Assembly (NCBI GenBank): GCA_003971905.1
Contig: RSEE01000037.1
Span: 310,001-374,000, forward strand
Source of the DNA: Moniliella sp. 'wahieum'
Taxonomy: Eukaryota
DNA: 64,000 bases
Direction of reading: 5' to 3'
Shown: in pieces, positions 45,778 through 64,000 of the stretch
Layout: each line of letters opens with the position of its first letter
How positions within the stretch are numbered: the first letter of the stretch is position 1
The notes under the pieces: generated by a model
What the model was told of the DNA's origin: nothing
Database searches by the model: none
Seen by the model: the letters and a program-made list of their open reading frames with translations, nothing else
Program-made: the position numbers and the translations under genes

Positions 45778-47445
45778 AAGCACGCAAACGAAAACGAAGA
45801 TATGATCCTGGCCCTCTCTGTACGGCGGTCAGGCTGTCGTGTGCCGCTGCTGGTTGCGGCGGCCAAGCCGTGCAACCATTGAACTTGCTCATCACGAAGA
45901 ATCCAGTGGAGCGTCCAACACGGTTATGTATCCCAGGCGCGTTTTCTTTTCTGCTTGTGTCTATATGCCTTCTTGGGGTGCGAGGTGCCGGGTGGATGGT
46001 TGCCAAGTTGGATATTCGTTTTGCCAGAAGCCTGGCCCTATCACTGCGTAATGGAATCAACGTCCAATGTCACGGGCGGCGCCGCCAGGGGGCCCGCCCT
46101 GGGTTTTTGGGGTACAATCCCTTAGGCGACGGTAGGTCGACTCACGTAGTTTCGGGCTTGGGCTGGTTGGTGTGTCCGAGCGGAGCTAGGACGAGGAGAG
46201 GCCTTTGGTGGGGCGGCTGCACGTGTGGCAAGGCTGCGTCTGCACCGGCTTGGGCCGTAGTAACGTGTCTGAAGCCTCCGGGACTTAGGGACGGGAGGAG
46301 GCAGCGGCGGACAACACTGCCTTAACTGGACTGGGAATCGCCGCGACCGAAGGGGGCTCGCGCGATTGGACTGACGAAGGGCTGGAGGACGAGGTCGGAG
46401 GAGATGTCGGGCGCTAACAGAGGAGCTGCCTGTACTGGATCAATTGGCTGGAAAACGGGCAGGAGTCGGATAGGATAGGCGGGAAGGGACGAAGAGTGGA
46501 CGGAGAGAGACGGAATGGAAGGTGGGGGAAAAGATCCCCATCAACCAGGGGTACAGGCAGGATCAAAAGGGAAACGGATACAAGAGGGGTGTGCAGAAGA
46601 AGACATGTCAAAAGCGGGGTTGTCGCCACAGGCGCGACCGAGAAAGGAAACGGAAACGGGACGGGGCGACAGTCGTCGCCACGGCACTGGAAGCTCGGTG
46701 GCCTTATTTCGCGCAGAGCATGGCCCTTCGCCACGATAACTTAATTTAGCCAACCATCATCACACTTGGTTGGCCTGCGGAGCACGCTCTACTGGGCATG
46801 TGCGGAGCAGGCGGGCCTTAGCTTGGGTCGGACCATCTCGTGTCCGCCGCAGCCCGTGACATCCAACGTCCAACGGAGCATCCTGGATGGAGTTGGCTGA
46901 AGAAGTACAGGTGGGTGAAGCTGCAACTGGATGGGTCAGAGCGGGGAGGTTGGAGGCGAAGGTGGGCTAGAGGGTCGATGACTAGGGCGAGTGGGTGTCT
47001 GGCACCTCGCTGGCGACCAGCCACCGTGCCACCTTCGGGCCGCAGGCCTCGTAGTCCAGAGGCGAATGAATGCATGGGCCGCGGCGCCGTTCAGCGTCCG
47101 ATTGGAGGGTATCGCCCCGGGGGCAGTGTGCGATGTATCTCCGGGCGCTCGCCGCACTACGCCCCCCGTGCTAAACCCCGAGCGTGGGAGGCTCCCGAGG
47201 TGTGGAGCTGCTGATGCATGCATCACCGATGACGTATGCGTGCGGTTGAAATATTCGGCCTGTTTTTCTTCGGCGCAACCACATGACCAGTGGGCCGGCG
47301 GCGGACGTGGCTCATTTATAACGGCACCGGCAGGCGGCGTGCTGGCCGCTGCTGCTGGCTCCCGCTCGGCCATCCTCCTCGGCCATCCTCCCCGCTCGCC
47401 ATGGCCCGCTCCCCCTCTCGTCGGCGTGGCTCGGTTGGTCCGGCG

Positions 47446-52312
<4,867 letters not shown>

Positions 52313-53184
52313 CGCTGTCCCTCTCTGTTTCTTTACTCCATTGATGCTGTTACTTTGATGCCCAGGCTGCCTTATAGAATGTACCTGTAGCCCCCCTGCC
52401 AGTAGACGAGGTCTTTGTTTTGACGCTGATGTCTGGTTGTGGTTGAAATCGGAGATTCAGACGGTTGGCTATTAGCTGGTGGGGAGAGATACGTGGTGGG
52501 TGCATAAGATCTTCCGTCAGAAGAAGGGTACAGGGGTCAGTTAGCGAGCCGCCGCCGTTGAGCCTCTCTGCAGCCCAAGTCGTGGGCACCACAGCACTCG
52601 GCGGCACACGCTGTCTGCCGGACTGAACTTCTACGCGGCGTTACTTTTCTAGGCTTCGATCATTAATTAACGTTGACGTTGAACGTTGGACACCACTAAT
52701 GGACCGCACCGGCCTAAGGGACTGTTCCTAGCCGCCCGACGTCTGTAGTGGCTGCCGCAAGCGGCTGCGGTCTGTCGCTTGCGGTCGCTTGCCGTGCCCC
52801 CCCCCCGCCTTACCGACCCCCTCTTCGTCCGCCCGAGTGTGCTCTGTTCGGCGTTGGTGCGGTGATCGCCGCCACCATCATATCTTTGCTCGAGAGCCTG
52901 CTCTGCGGCACGCATGTCAGAGGACAGCACCCCCGTCGTCCCATGGGCCGGGCTCCTTCAGTTGCGGTAAGTACGGCGAGTGCGAGTGCGTGTACGCGCA
53001 GGCGCAGGGCACAGGCGATGCCGCGACCCTCCGTTGCAGCTGCCGCTTCCGCAGCTTGCCTAGGCCGGCATCCTCCACTGGTGTTTATTCAGTAACGAAG
53101 TAATCAGTGGCAATTTGGGGGACGTCGGCTGTCACAAACTCTCTCGCCTGATCCATTTGCCTGATTGAGCCAGAGTGCCCAAAG

Positions 53185-54587
53185 ATGCCCAGAACTGACT
53201 CGTTTGACCTTGGCCTATCTACTCCCAACCACAGCAGCGAGATGCACATCCACGAGCCGTTTCTCGACGGCACCCCGTTCTACAGCCCATCTGCACCCAC
53301 GCCGACCACCACCCCGAGGCTTCCTGGGCCTATCCCAACGCCACTCTGCGCCCTCCCTCTCCTCCCCAAGCCCGACCAGAGCGACCACTCTCGAGACGCT
53401 CCAGACCACGAAGCCAGCACCTCAATGCCGATCCCTCACCCACCAACCCGGTGGGGGCGAGTGGACGGCCCCATTGGCCCTTCCGAGTACAGTCATGCCC
53501 ATGTCCGCTTTGACCGCCCACCGGGGGGGTGATGGAAAATGGGATGCGGTACGAGTACAGTACCATGACCGGCAGGCGCAAAGCGTGCTCATCGGGATCA
53601 ACTATGTTGGCTCCAAGGCGCAGCTCAAGGGTTGTTGGAATGACGTGGCCAACATTCGCAAGTTCATCATGAACGCAGGCTTCCGTGCTGAGGACATGGT
53701 CGTCTTGACTGATGAAACCTCAAACCCACGCGGTCGTCCGACTCGAGCCAACATGACCGCTGCTATGCATTGGCTCGTCAAAGGTGCTCGCCCCGGCGAC
53801 TCACTCTTTTTTCACTATTCGGGTCATGGGTCTCAGGCCAAAGCGACTCAAGGTGATGAAGGTATGTATTCCTTTCTGACCGGCAATTTCCCTTCACTCT
53901 CGCTAGTCCCCCTTTCTGACTGATTGTTTTCAGCGGACGGGCTGAACGAGTGTATCGTGCCTTTGGACTACCTCAAGAAAGGTTGATGGAAGATGATGAG
54001 CTGCATCAGCTCATGGTCTCCCCGTTACCTGTCGGCTGTCGTTTAACCGCCTTGTTTGACTCGTGCCACAGCGGCACCGTGCTGGATCTCCCTTATGTCT
54101 ACGCCACCAGCGGCAAGATCCTTGAGCCTGACGTGGCGGCCAACATCAGCAATGACTTGCGCAAGGCGTTAAAGCTCGCCACCAAGGGCAAGCTTGGTGA
54201 AGCCCGTGCCGACATGAAGGCGAGTGTGGCCCAAGCGGAAAAGGAAAAGTCGGCCCAGGATATTACCATTCGCACCCGTTCTTCGGGAGCTGATGTGATG
54301 ATGTTTTCGGGTGCAAAGACAGCCAGACGAGTGCTGATACCTATGAGGCCAACAAGGCCACAGGCGCATTGAGTTTGCTTGGATCACCGTCTTTTCGCGC
54401 TGGCCCAACATTACCTATCTTCAACTCATCAATGCCCTCCGCGATGAGCTAGTCAAGTCCTACACCCAGAAACCGCAGGTGAGTATTGCGTCTTGCTGGC
54501 CTTCGATAACGTACTGACTTCCTCTGCCATCATCCACAGATGAGCAGCTCCAATCCCTGGGATCTCAACATCTTGTTCACGATTTGA
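53185..54587 (+). CDS. MCA1: Type I metacaspase; introns 53862-53933 and 54479-54539
   Basis: LIGINY, LKGCWND, catalytic HYSGHG and DSCHSG, SG(C)KDSQTSAD and QKPQ|MSSS. Both introns are canonical. Confidence 0.95.
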
Positions 54588-54874
54588 CCTTCCTGGACAA
54601 AGAGCATGTCTTCCTTCGCCCGTTCTCCTACCGCAGGCTGGAGCACAGCCCCACATCTGATGTACCACTATGCTTTTTGCTGCCTTTGGGTAACGATCTG
54701 TTCGCCAAGCTGACTGGGCCGACATGTATCTGTATAATGCCAATCTACATTGCCCCTGTTCAGATGGCTATTTAGTTCCAATTGTCAGGCGACATGCTTT
54801 AGGCGAGCAAAAGGGATTGACTAGGCGAAAGATGGTTATGCAAATGAGGAAGAATGGCATGGTGCAAAACGGAG

Positions 54875-57800
54875 CTACGAGGCGGGTCCTTGCAGGCCCG
54901 ACCGAGTGCTGCGACCCATAAGTGATGAGGCCTTGCTCATGCGACGCGGCAGGGCGTTGTTGATCCAGTACTCCCTTCCACCAGACGGGGGTCGGGCTTG
55001 GGCCTTGATGGTGTGTGCCACAACGAGCCCAGATCCTCGTGGCGTTGCAAGTAGAGAGCGCCAGCGATGTTGGCCCTGCGCATCCATACTTGGTCACAGC
55101 ATGCGAGGAGACACCCGGCGTGTGGACCATCTCGCGGCGAGCCCGAGCCGAGATGATCCAAGGAATTGCGGACTAAATTTACTCCATACCCGGTCCCATT
55201 GGGCCAGTACCCAGTCCGCTCGTCGTTGCTCACCACCCGCAATGCCGTCAGCAACCAAAAAAGGTAGTCGCAGAGGGTGCAGCACTTGCTGCTTCTTGGG
55301 TCATGGGAGGGCGGAAGGGATGCAGCAGGGGAAGCTGTGGGGGATGTCGACGCTGGAAGGAAGATCAGGATGGAGGAGCTCGGTGGGAAGAACGAACGAT
55401 GGCCCTTTCGCGTCAGCCATACCTCCGATTCTTCCTCCATAGACTCGATACGATTCAAGCCCTCCCCTGGTCCAGGAAGGGGCATCGGGCATACGGGCGG
55501 GCCGAGGGCTTGGGAAGGTGAGGGAACGGAATGGGTAGGCGAAGGATACGATTAATGTGAGCCAAGCTAGATTCGGAATCATCCTTGAAAACATCCTTCC
55601 AGCCCGCTCGGCGAGGAGTAGATCGGGGCGGGAGTCGGAGAAAAGCCTCAAAAATGTAGACAAACGCATGAATGTTCCAAGGATTGACTCGCTCGTTGCC
55701 CCGGCCTCGCCGCCTTCGTCCGCATCCCAGGGGAGCTCAAATGCTTTCCGATGGTTTGGACGGGTTGAACTCCAGCATGCGCGCTCCGACACCGTGGCGA
55801 GCAAAGGCACGGAATATACCATCGTAGATTGCCAAACTTGGGGGAAACGTCTCCTCCTCCACATCCTGCAAACCGCCTGGCTGCGTTGCGACCGTCCCGT
55901 AGGAGACTGACCCTCTTTTGCCTGTTGTGCCTGTGATCCAGCTCAAATTGATGTTGTAGCTCCACAGCCGACGACAGAAATTCGAGCGCGCCGTCCCTCC
56001 TTCAGCGTCCGCCCTGGCTGAGGAAGAGATAACGGGTCAAGTCGCCCAGAAGAGAGGGGAGTTTGGACCATGGCCTGCAGTACTCCAAGGGCCTCGCTCA
56101 AATGGCTTTGCCATGAAAAGCACTGAATGGCCAAAACGTAAGTATCCTGGTCGGGGATCGCCTGCGGGGGTAACGTCGTAATCCCCATCCACTTCTTTAT
56201 TATCATCTGGGCCGTGGTGAAGGAGTGATGGGACATGCCAGGGGCGGTCAGGACGGCGCAGGAAGTTGTTTTGCTGAATGAGAACCGGAGGTGCCATGGG
56301 GACACGGGGTAAATATTTTGGTGCGACGCAGAAGCAGAGATCGCGTCCTCGGCCGCAATGCGGCGCTCGCGCTGAAGGCGAGTCCAGTCATCACGGAGAG
56401 AGCCAAGCAGCCCTGGGGGGTGAGCCGGAGATGACGGGGGAAGAGTCAAGGCCGAGAGCTTGTTGGGATCGACAACAGCTCGTTTCTCAATGCCCCATCC
56501 CGCATCGCCTCGTAAAGTTCGGATGAAGTCGGCTTCGACTCGCTCGTCCGCCAGATCAGCAGGGTCGATGGTGATGCGAGCGGTGTGCCAGGGAATCTCT
56601 TAGGATTCAGCCATCCGATGCTAAGCTAATTTTCCTGTTGAGGATATATCCTGGGATCATCCCATGGATCCATCTCTTGTTCAACATCCTCGCTGTCGGC
56701 ATCGTCAAGGTCCCACACTTCGCCACTGCTTCCCCTCTGTGCTTCTCCACCGATGGGGTGCCGTCATCCGCTTCCTCTCTCCTGGGCGTCCCATCCACCC
56801 CAGAAGTAGCCAAAGGTAGCACAGGAGCGGACGCCTTCACATGCTCGCATCGCGGCCATCTTGGTCCAGACCTTCCAGCCCCAGTTCCCTCATGTAGAGG
56901 CGTTCATACGACACATGTCCGATGGCAAGGTGGCTGGACCAGTTCCGCCGCAGCTCAGCAGCCGACAGGTCTCTCCGGGCACGCCGCAAGCCTCGTCGGG
57001 CTCTGGCCGCGTCTGCAAAGTCAAGGTGCGTCATAAACTGCTTCGTTTCGAATGGGAAGGCTGCAAACCAGCTGGGCGCGGCACTGGCTGCGTCGCCATC
57101 GCGAACGCTTTGCCGCCTACCTCGGACGTCCCAGGTTCGAGCCGCATTTGGGGGCGAGCGAGGCGAAAGCCACGAAGCACAGTGTTGACCAGTGCAGTGT
57201 CGAGGCGCCCGTTTCGAGTAGCATGACCAACAATCAGAGGTACGGCGTCCAGGGTGCGATTTAAAGGCATAGAGGACCAGAATGCGATGCAGACGGCTAC
57301 CCAACTCCTCCATCACCTTGGCCTGATCGCGTCGCAAGGCCTCCACCTCGTCCTTTGATTGTGGGGGTGATCTTGGCCTGCTGCAGCTGTTCGATCGGGC
57401 CAAGGGGCATTCAATGGCACTGCTTTAGCCTCTACCCCCTGGACCGCCGAAGGCAGTTTGAGCGAACGCATGATCTCGGTCCAGCCACACTCGATCACCC
57501 GCAGCGAGTGGTCGGCGGTCCACGTACGCTGTCGTGGCTTTTCGCTGTCATTGGGGTTAAAACGAGAGAACGAGGGCGAGTGGGGATGGTCGCGTCAGAA
57601 GCAGCCTCTTCGTCAGCCAGCAATCCTTCCAGTTCATCGACAAACGTCCTCAGCTGCAATGCCCCCAGTGCGGTACCCATGCCAGGTGGGCTCCAAGGAG
57701 TATACCCCCCGGCAGAGGCTCCAAGGGACTCAAATCTGACTTCCACTCGGGCCAGGGAACAGACATCTCGGGCGCTACGCCGGCTTCTTCCTCGAGTCCT

Positions 57801-59133
57801 TGCTGCCCATCCAAGTCAGATACCCCCCACTGAGGTGCAACCTCCGGTCGAACCTCATACGTAGTGTAGTGCGACATGAGGTTCATACTCTGGAGCCACT
57901 CTTTCTCCGCCCGGGCCTGCATGAGGGGGTCGTCCTCCCCTTCGGCGGGGGGCGCAGCCGGAGGCACCTCAGAGGAATAGCCACCAAGGGCATGTCAAGC
58001 AGGCGGCGAATGACCTCCAAGCGGCGTTTGACCTGCAGCGGGGAGTACTGGTACATGCGTGCACGTGGCGTGGCTCGAGCAGCCATATCCATCATCAAGA
58101 GGAAAACACGGGGACGGGCATATTGCTGAAAACGAATGCGCTTGATGTGCATGTTGCGGCTATGATGTTGCCTCATCTGATATGGTTCAAGAACGATTTT
58201 CCCGAAGGGGGCTGTCCTCCTTTCCAATATTTGCGGTCCTTGCCTCGTACAGGGAAAGAGAAGGCCTGTGGTTGGCCCTTGGTCGCGTCCAGTGAGGCCG
58301 AGGCGTCAAGGGGCTCGTCCCTGACGCCAGCGGCCGAGCAGCATCGCGGATTTGATGGGTAAGATCGTGCGCGTGCAGGGTCACGAGAGACGAGAGAGCG
58401 AGCAGGTTGAAGAACTGGGTATGATGAGGGCAAGCGATCCGCAAGACAAACAGTGCCTCCTCCAGGTGAAGACGCGAAATTGTAGTGGATCGACGGGAGA
58501 TGAGGTGGAGAATGCGCTCCAGAACCGTCTCATCCTTGGATCCAGTGAGCGTGTGCGTTTGGTTCGGGGGTCGTGGGGCTGAATGGGGGATAAGAGAATG
58601 CGCTGAAGAGTCAAATTGTGAGCGTTCATGACGGACAGATCATCACCCATCTTGCTGACGGCCGGATTAACAGGCGAAGGCACAAGCGATTTGTTGAGGC
58701 GCTCTAGGATGGCGAGACATCGAAAGGCAGCCTTGGCGGCACCACGTTCACGCAACCTCTCCGAGCCAGTGCTGCTTGCATCATGTTGGGACACAGAGCC
58801 GTCAAAACCATGGCCATCGTCCTCCCACTCCTCAGCCCGGCAAGACCAGGGGGGGAGAGCATAGACTAAGCAGACGATTGATCTGCTGAGAACGAGCAGA
58901 ATAAAGGGCGAGGCCCAGCGGTCGCCGAGAAGGAACTGCTGGATGTCGAGGAGGTGGTAGAAAGCGACTTCAGCGCGGGCTGCATTGCCAGCATCAAGTG
59001 CGGCCGAAAGATCAAGAAACGCATGGGGCATCTCACGCTGGAGCTGTTGGAGAGATGGTGTTTGGCGAAGATGCGCTGGCGCTCCTCGCCTTGGTGCGCA
59101 TACGTGCGGAAGCGCTGTGAGAGTGGGCATCAT
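54875..59133 (-). CDS. Large helical-repeat protein, probably pentatricopeptide-repeat (PPR)-like and mitochondrial
   Basis: Contiguous minus-strand ORF fragments over ~4.2 kb. One PPR-consensus-like unit (IPDQDTYVLAIQCFSWQSHLSEALGVLQAMV) and an Arg-containing, acid-free N-terminus. The family call rests on that one clear repeat. Confidence 0.55.
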
Positions 59134-60029
59134 GGCGCGGGCGATCGCGGTCGAAGGTGCGTGGTCGGGGTGGGTCTTCGTCTCGCAGGGGCGCTGCTGC
59201 TCGGCCGGCGGTGGGGTTGCAGGGGGGGAAGGGAGGCATCGGGAAGGTGGAGGAGAAGAGGGGGCAGGGGAGGCGGAGGAGGCGGAGGAGGCGGCGGAGG
59301 AGGAGGAGGGCGGGGCGCTAATGGGGGCGGGCGGCGGGGCGTAGGCAGCGGCGCGCGCGCAACGGCGAGACGCGCGCGCTCGAGCGGGGAAGGGCGGCGT
59401 GGGGCGTGGGACGCGACGCTGCGCATGCCGCGGGGCGCCGGGGGGCGGTGCCGGAGGGCATGGCGGGAGGCAGCAAGCATGTGCGGACGGCTTCCTCCGC
59501 CGCTCCTACTCCATAGGGTGTGGTGGGGGAGGGCTGGGCCCGCCGCCTGCCCGCCAGTCTTCCCGCTCCACGCCCCTCTTCCGCCCTGTTCCGCCCCGCT
59601 GCGCAGCCTTTGCCTGCGGGGTAAATCACAATCACCCCTCCAGCCAGCCGGACGCGGCACCCCAACACCACTGCTTCGGGGGCGTACGGCTTGCGTGGGT
59701 CGCTGTCACGTGCTATGTCTGGTCCTTCGTTCCCGTGCTGTGAGATGGGCCCATTCCACACCCGCGTGTGGGTTACTTTGCTTGTGTCTCTTCCTACAAG
59801 TTGTCCGCAGCTCTCTCGAAGGTACGATGCATCCTCTCCAAGCCGGGGTCGCCTTGGCCATGAGGCGAGGAAGAGATTGGAGTCTGCGTTGATGCACAGA
59901 GGCTCTCCTTCGTGGGTGGTATGCCTTCCTCTGCTGCGTGCATATGCTGTAGATACAGACTCCTCACTGGGGGGTTTTGTTAGACGCCGCGGCGCAAGGT
60001 ATAAAAATGCATCGCATATGAAAAACCAA

Positions 60030-61476
60030 TTAATATCGGTTGGAGCGCTCATCAGGTTTGTCATTGACCACTGGACGCCTGGCCGAGTAGACTGGGCCTT
60101 GATCCCATTCGTAGTCATCTTCAACGCCATCGTCGTCCTCGTCACTGCTCCAGGCAGCAGCCATACGCTTACTCCCCCGTCCCTTGAGTCTAGGCTGCTT
60201 TTGAGCACCGCCCTCTGTGCTCTCCCGAGTACGCAAGGGAGCCATCGTAGCTCCCCTACCACGAATATGGCTGGGGCGCTCGTATTTCTCCTTTGCTCAC
60301 GACCGGGGGAGGCAGATCTGTCCCGTGACGAACGAGGACGGCCACCCATGAGCTCGCGGCCTTTGGAATCTGGCTCTGGCATTTCCGGGGGAGGTGGGGA
60401 ACCCGAATGTTCGCCAATGTCCTTCAATGCCACCACTGTGCGACCTGCATGGTACCCGCGGCGATACCACTCACTTTTCCCACGGGAACGCAGTTGTTTG
60501 CGGTCAAACTCATCGACAGCGAAACGGGCGTAAAGGGTGGAAGTGAGCTTGAGCAGGTCGTGTTGTTCCCCTGGAGGGATTCCTTCATCTGCTTCTGCCA
60601 TGGCCTGGTCGACGTCCCCAGAGGGAGGCGCATCCGCTTTTGGATTAACCAGCCACTGTTCAGCAGCTTTCCGCTCAGCCGAAGTGTATATCTTGATGGG
60701 AACAGGCCGTAGCTTGCGCGAGGTAAGTAGAGCGAGCCCCAATTGTTGCTCCTCCTCCTCGGTCAGACTTGACTCATTATGGTATGTGACCTTACGCATG
60801 GCGTCTAAAGTGGGCAAAGGGACAACCGACACCGGCTCGGTAGCAGGGAAGTGGATGCCTCGCCCAAAACAGCATCGGCCCGATCTTGATCCACGCCATC
60901 GCCCCCCTCACCCACAACAAGATCGGCTTTGTCTTGGTCCATGGGCTCAGCCACGGTGGTACCCAACTCAGTCGGGCGTAACAGTTTCTTGAGTCCCGTT
61001 AAGGCAGCTTCTTCGTCATGGAAGATGACGTTGCAACTAAAGTCATTGACCCACTCCACCGACAAGGGAGATGCACCCCAATTCACGAGCCAAGCAAAGA
61101 CCCGCGACGTTGAAAGCTGCGTGATGGGAGCCCCAAAGACGTGCAACGCCTTCAGCCGCACGCCGTCGATCCCAATTGCAGACACAACCGACAGGTCAGG
61201 CTGGTCCGGAACAGGAGTAATGTCTGGGTCAAAGCACATGGCCAAGTCAGTGGGGAAGGCCCACATGAAACAAGAGGGAGGGGACGTACCATTTTCGGGA
61301 TTTTGAGACACAAGTTGGTCTTCGTGAATGAGTTTGGGGGCGGAAGTGGGGGGCGGTGCCGAGTCTGAAGACAACGAAACAGCAGGCTCTTCACCAGCAG
61401 GGCCGGCGGTGTCCACCGGCTGGGTGCTGGAGGCGGCCAAAGGCTCGGGAGCACCGTAATCGAGCCCGTCAGCCAT
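60030..61476 (-). CDS. NCBP3-like (DUF2414) RRM-fold protein; intron 61289-61224
   Basis: VRLKALHVFGAPITQLST..VEWVNDFSCNVIFHDEEAALTGL, later LYARFA..DRK..SEWYRR, and an R/S/D-rich tail, all matching the DUF2414/NCBP3 pattern. Confidence 0.8.
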
Positions 61477-61827
61477 GGAACAGAGGGAGTGGGAAAGGCA
61501 GGCAGGCGCGTCTAGGGCGCAGGTGGGCAAGTCGGGGTCAGAACGTTGGGGACGCGGATGGCCGGCGAAGGCGAGGCGGCGGCGACGCAGCCAGCAGCTG
61601 GCAGCGATGGGCGCTTGGCGACCTGCGTTCAACTTGAACGTTCAGTTTCGCCTCCATGTTCCGTCTAATTAATCGCTCGGCGGCGCCGCAACCCCGCAGG
61701 TGCTTACGTGAGGCGCTGGCGCTGGCGGCTGCGCAAGCCAATTTGAAATGAGTCGGTGCGATTGCCACGCGAGGCAATCGGTGGCTTGCGCTGCTCCGCT
61801 GTGCCACCACGAGGTCGCTCGACCGCC

Positions 61828-63578
61828 ATGGCGTTTCCCCAGGTCGTCCAGCGTCTTGTGCTGCTTGTCCTTGTGAGCATCGTGCTGGCGCCCTCGGTTT
61901 GGCTCAGTACCTTCACGGCGGCTGGCATCCTGGCCTGCCGTCCAAGCATGATGGCGAACCTGCGGTCGGAAGCAACTACCGCCAAGACGCAGGATGGTCT
62001 CCGCAAGGCATCCACCGCCCTTCGCCCGCCCTCTTCTCCCGTCCGTGGCCAGTCCATCCCCGACGTTGCTGCACCTAAGCCCCGGGGACCGCCTCCCAAC
62101 CAGACTTTCACCGAGCGCCTGATCCGTGTATGTTCCGTTCCAAGATGCATGGGCACATCTGCTAACCTCGTCCTTCGCCTCTGCAGTTTGGACTCACCAA
62201 GGTACTTCGATGGTCCGATGAGCGGGCGGACGAGACTCAGGACCGGATTCGCGCCAAAAACAACCCCACGTTTCACCCGAAGGTGGAGATTCTAAGCGGG
62301 TCCAATGGCAGCTATTCCCATTTTCTTCAACTCCTGGGCTACTCAGACAGTAGCACTGCAGACCAAGACGCCGTCCTAACGAGCATGGTCAATTCCGTCG
62401 TTCGTTCTCATCCGACTCCAGCTCCATGGGCTATTCTCTTGTACGTTCAGCCTGTCTTCCGAAGGTGGTGGCACTTGATTCTAACTTTTATCCTTATTTG
62501 CAGCTCCGCTTCGGGGCTGACAAGGAATCTCAAAAGTTCGACCTCATCTTTAACCGCACCATCCACTCGTTTTGGCCCGATCCCTCCACAGGATTTGCAC
62601 CCATCATTAAAGGTACTGAAAATCCCGATTCAGACGCGACTAGGATCGCAGAAGCAGCCAAGGCTAGTGCTACAGCATCACCCAGCCTCCCGGATGGTAC
62701 GAGGTGATCGGCGGCTTCACCGTCCGTGTGGCCGAGCCTACAGGAACACCCGAGATTGGTATGCACAAACGCAAAAGCTTCCTTGGAGACATTCTGCCCA
62801 ATGTAGGCTCTCTTCTTACCGGCAGCGGGGACGGGACACAGAAACCATCGCAAGAGGACATGGAGGCCGACGCTGAGTCAGAACTAACCGACAAGGAGAT
62901 CTTGAGTCCATCGCAGTGGGTCGGCGTCAAGCGTTGGTTAAGGCCAACCTGCCGAGCGTGGAGGCTGAGGGACTTCGGTTCGGCTATGTCGATTATGTGC
63001 GGCAGCCTGTGGTCGAATGGATGTGGGGAATCTGGAAGGTGCCCTTGATCGTGTTTGTTATGCCTGCGCCGCTGGGATCGGAACGACCGTTCGAGTTGCG
63101 ATATTGGAAAGTGTCGCAGCACATGCCCAACGTGAACGAGATGATTACCTTTTGGGCTCGGGCTCATGGAAATCACTGCCTGTGTGGGAAAGCGAATGGG
63201 CGCCGGGCGGTGCCAAGTTTGGAAGGATGCGCCACTTGGCTACCTTTTTGGGCAAGTATTATTACCACTTCTGGAGATGGTACCCTCATGGGTCCTGATG
63301 ATTCTTTCGACTGCTGTCGCTTCGTTCCTCCCCCAGTTGATGCACCGAGGTGATGCAAAGAAAATGAAGGAAGCCACCGAGGCAAAGAAGCGGCGGAAAG
63401 CGGTGGAGGAGGCTGTGAAACAATCCATGGCTGCTGAGGCTAAGGAACAAGAAGAACAGCAGCTGCCCTTCTTGCAGCTCGAGAAGCGTCGACGTCATCG
63501 TTCACCAGCCCATCTCCCACCTTGTCCGCGACTCATAAACCTCGTGGACAGGGCCGCAAGGGGGCTGCACGGCGCTGA
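61828..63578 (+). CDS. Secretory-pathway membrane protein, thioredoxin-like/TMX-like (no CxxC seen); introns 62128-62186 and ~62441-62503
   Basis: N-terminal hydrophobic signal, LRFGYVDY..WGIWKVPLIVF thioredoxin-fold-like segment, W..EWAPGG, C-terminal TM (PSWVLMILSTAVASFL) and a charged tail probably ending RKGAARR*. Canonical introns. Confidence 0.55.
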
Positions 63579-64000
63579 ATGTGAGAGGCATTGGTGCCTC
63601 CATCCCCTACACTTTTTTTCTCCCTGTGTACCCATCGCATCCATTTGATTTGTTGGCCGTTGACCAAATGGTCCGCCCTCCTTGGACTTTTGTTCTGTCC
63701 TCTTGCACTCTGTGGCTTTGTTTGGAGCCTGACGAAACGTGTAGTGACTGGATGGTTTGGACATTGTACCCCGGGTGGTACTAGGGATTAGGTGATATTG
63801 AGGTCTAATATAGGGAGGGTGACGAACGGTGCGCTCAACCACGGATCCGTTCTCGGTGGCCGAACATGGCGTCTTATCGCGCGTGTATCCATTGAACTCA
63901 AAACAATTGTGGTTCATCCACCATCACCGTGACTTGGCGCGGTCATTGCCGTTATACTTTGAACCACCGGATGCTCTTTGAAAACCCGACATGGGGCGTC

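Noticed and set aside
58954..60533. ORFs 58954..59892, 59691..60533 and the extension of 59318..60832
   Set aside because: Antisense or frameshift run-on frames over GC-rich intergenic DNA and the NCBP3-like gene; no domain signal.

Overview
GC-rich, intron-poor fungal nuclear DNA, most consistent with a basidiomycete and plausibly Ustilaginomycotina (inference from short GT..CTRAC..AG introns, long intronless genes and a very long Atg4). Nearly every gene is broken by single-base deletions, mostly homopolymer contractions, which points to an unpolished long-read assembly, so genes were rebuilt by joining ORF fragments and the ends are approximate. Gene order: TRP/Flc-like membrane protein (partial), RCR-like PY-motif protein, class III-like chitin synthase, WS/DGAT with long disordered arms, flavocytochrome b2-like oxidoreductase, glycogen phosphorylase, tRNA-Tyr(GTA), Dbf4/Dfp1, tRNA-Ser(GCT), Rpl42/eL42, Bur1/Cdk9-type kinase, Atg4, a small Pro-rich orphan, an island with a ~415-bp direct repeat around a 4-TM orphan, a Mid2-like mucin sensor, a Ycf1/MRP ABC transporter, metacaspase, a PPR-like protein, an NCBP3-like protein and a TMX-like membrane protein. 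The most striking unexplained signal is non-coding: most gene-upstream regions carry arrays built on one rule, an A..T palindrome (AAGCTT, AACGTT, AGTACT, ACGCGT, ATGCAT, ATCGAT, ACATGT, ACTAGT) followed by a single G/C spacer. The core sequence changes from locus to locus but the symmetry and 7-bp period are kept.
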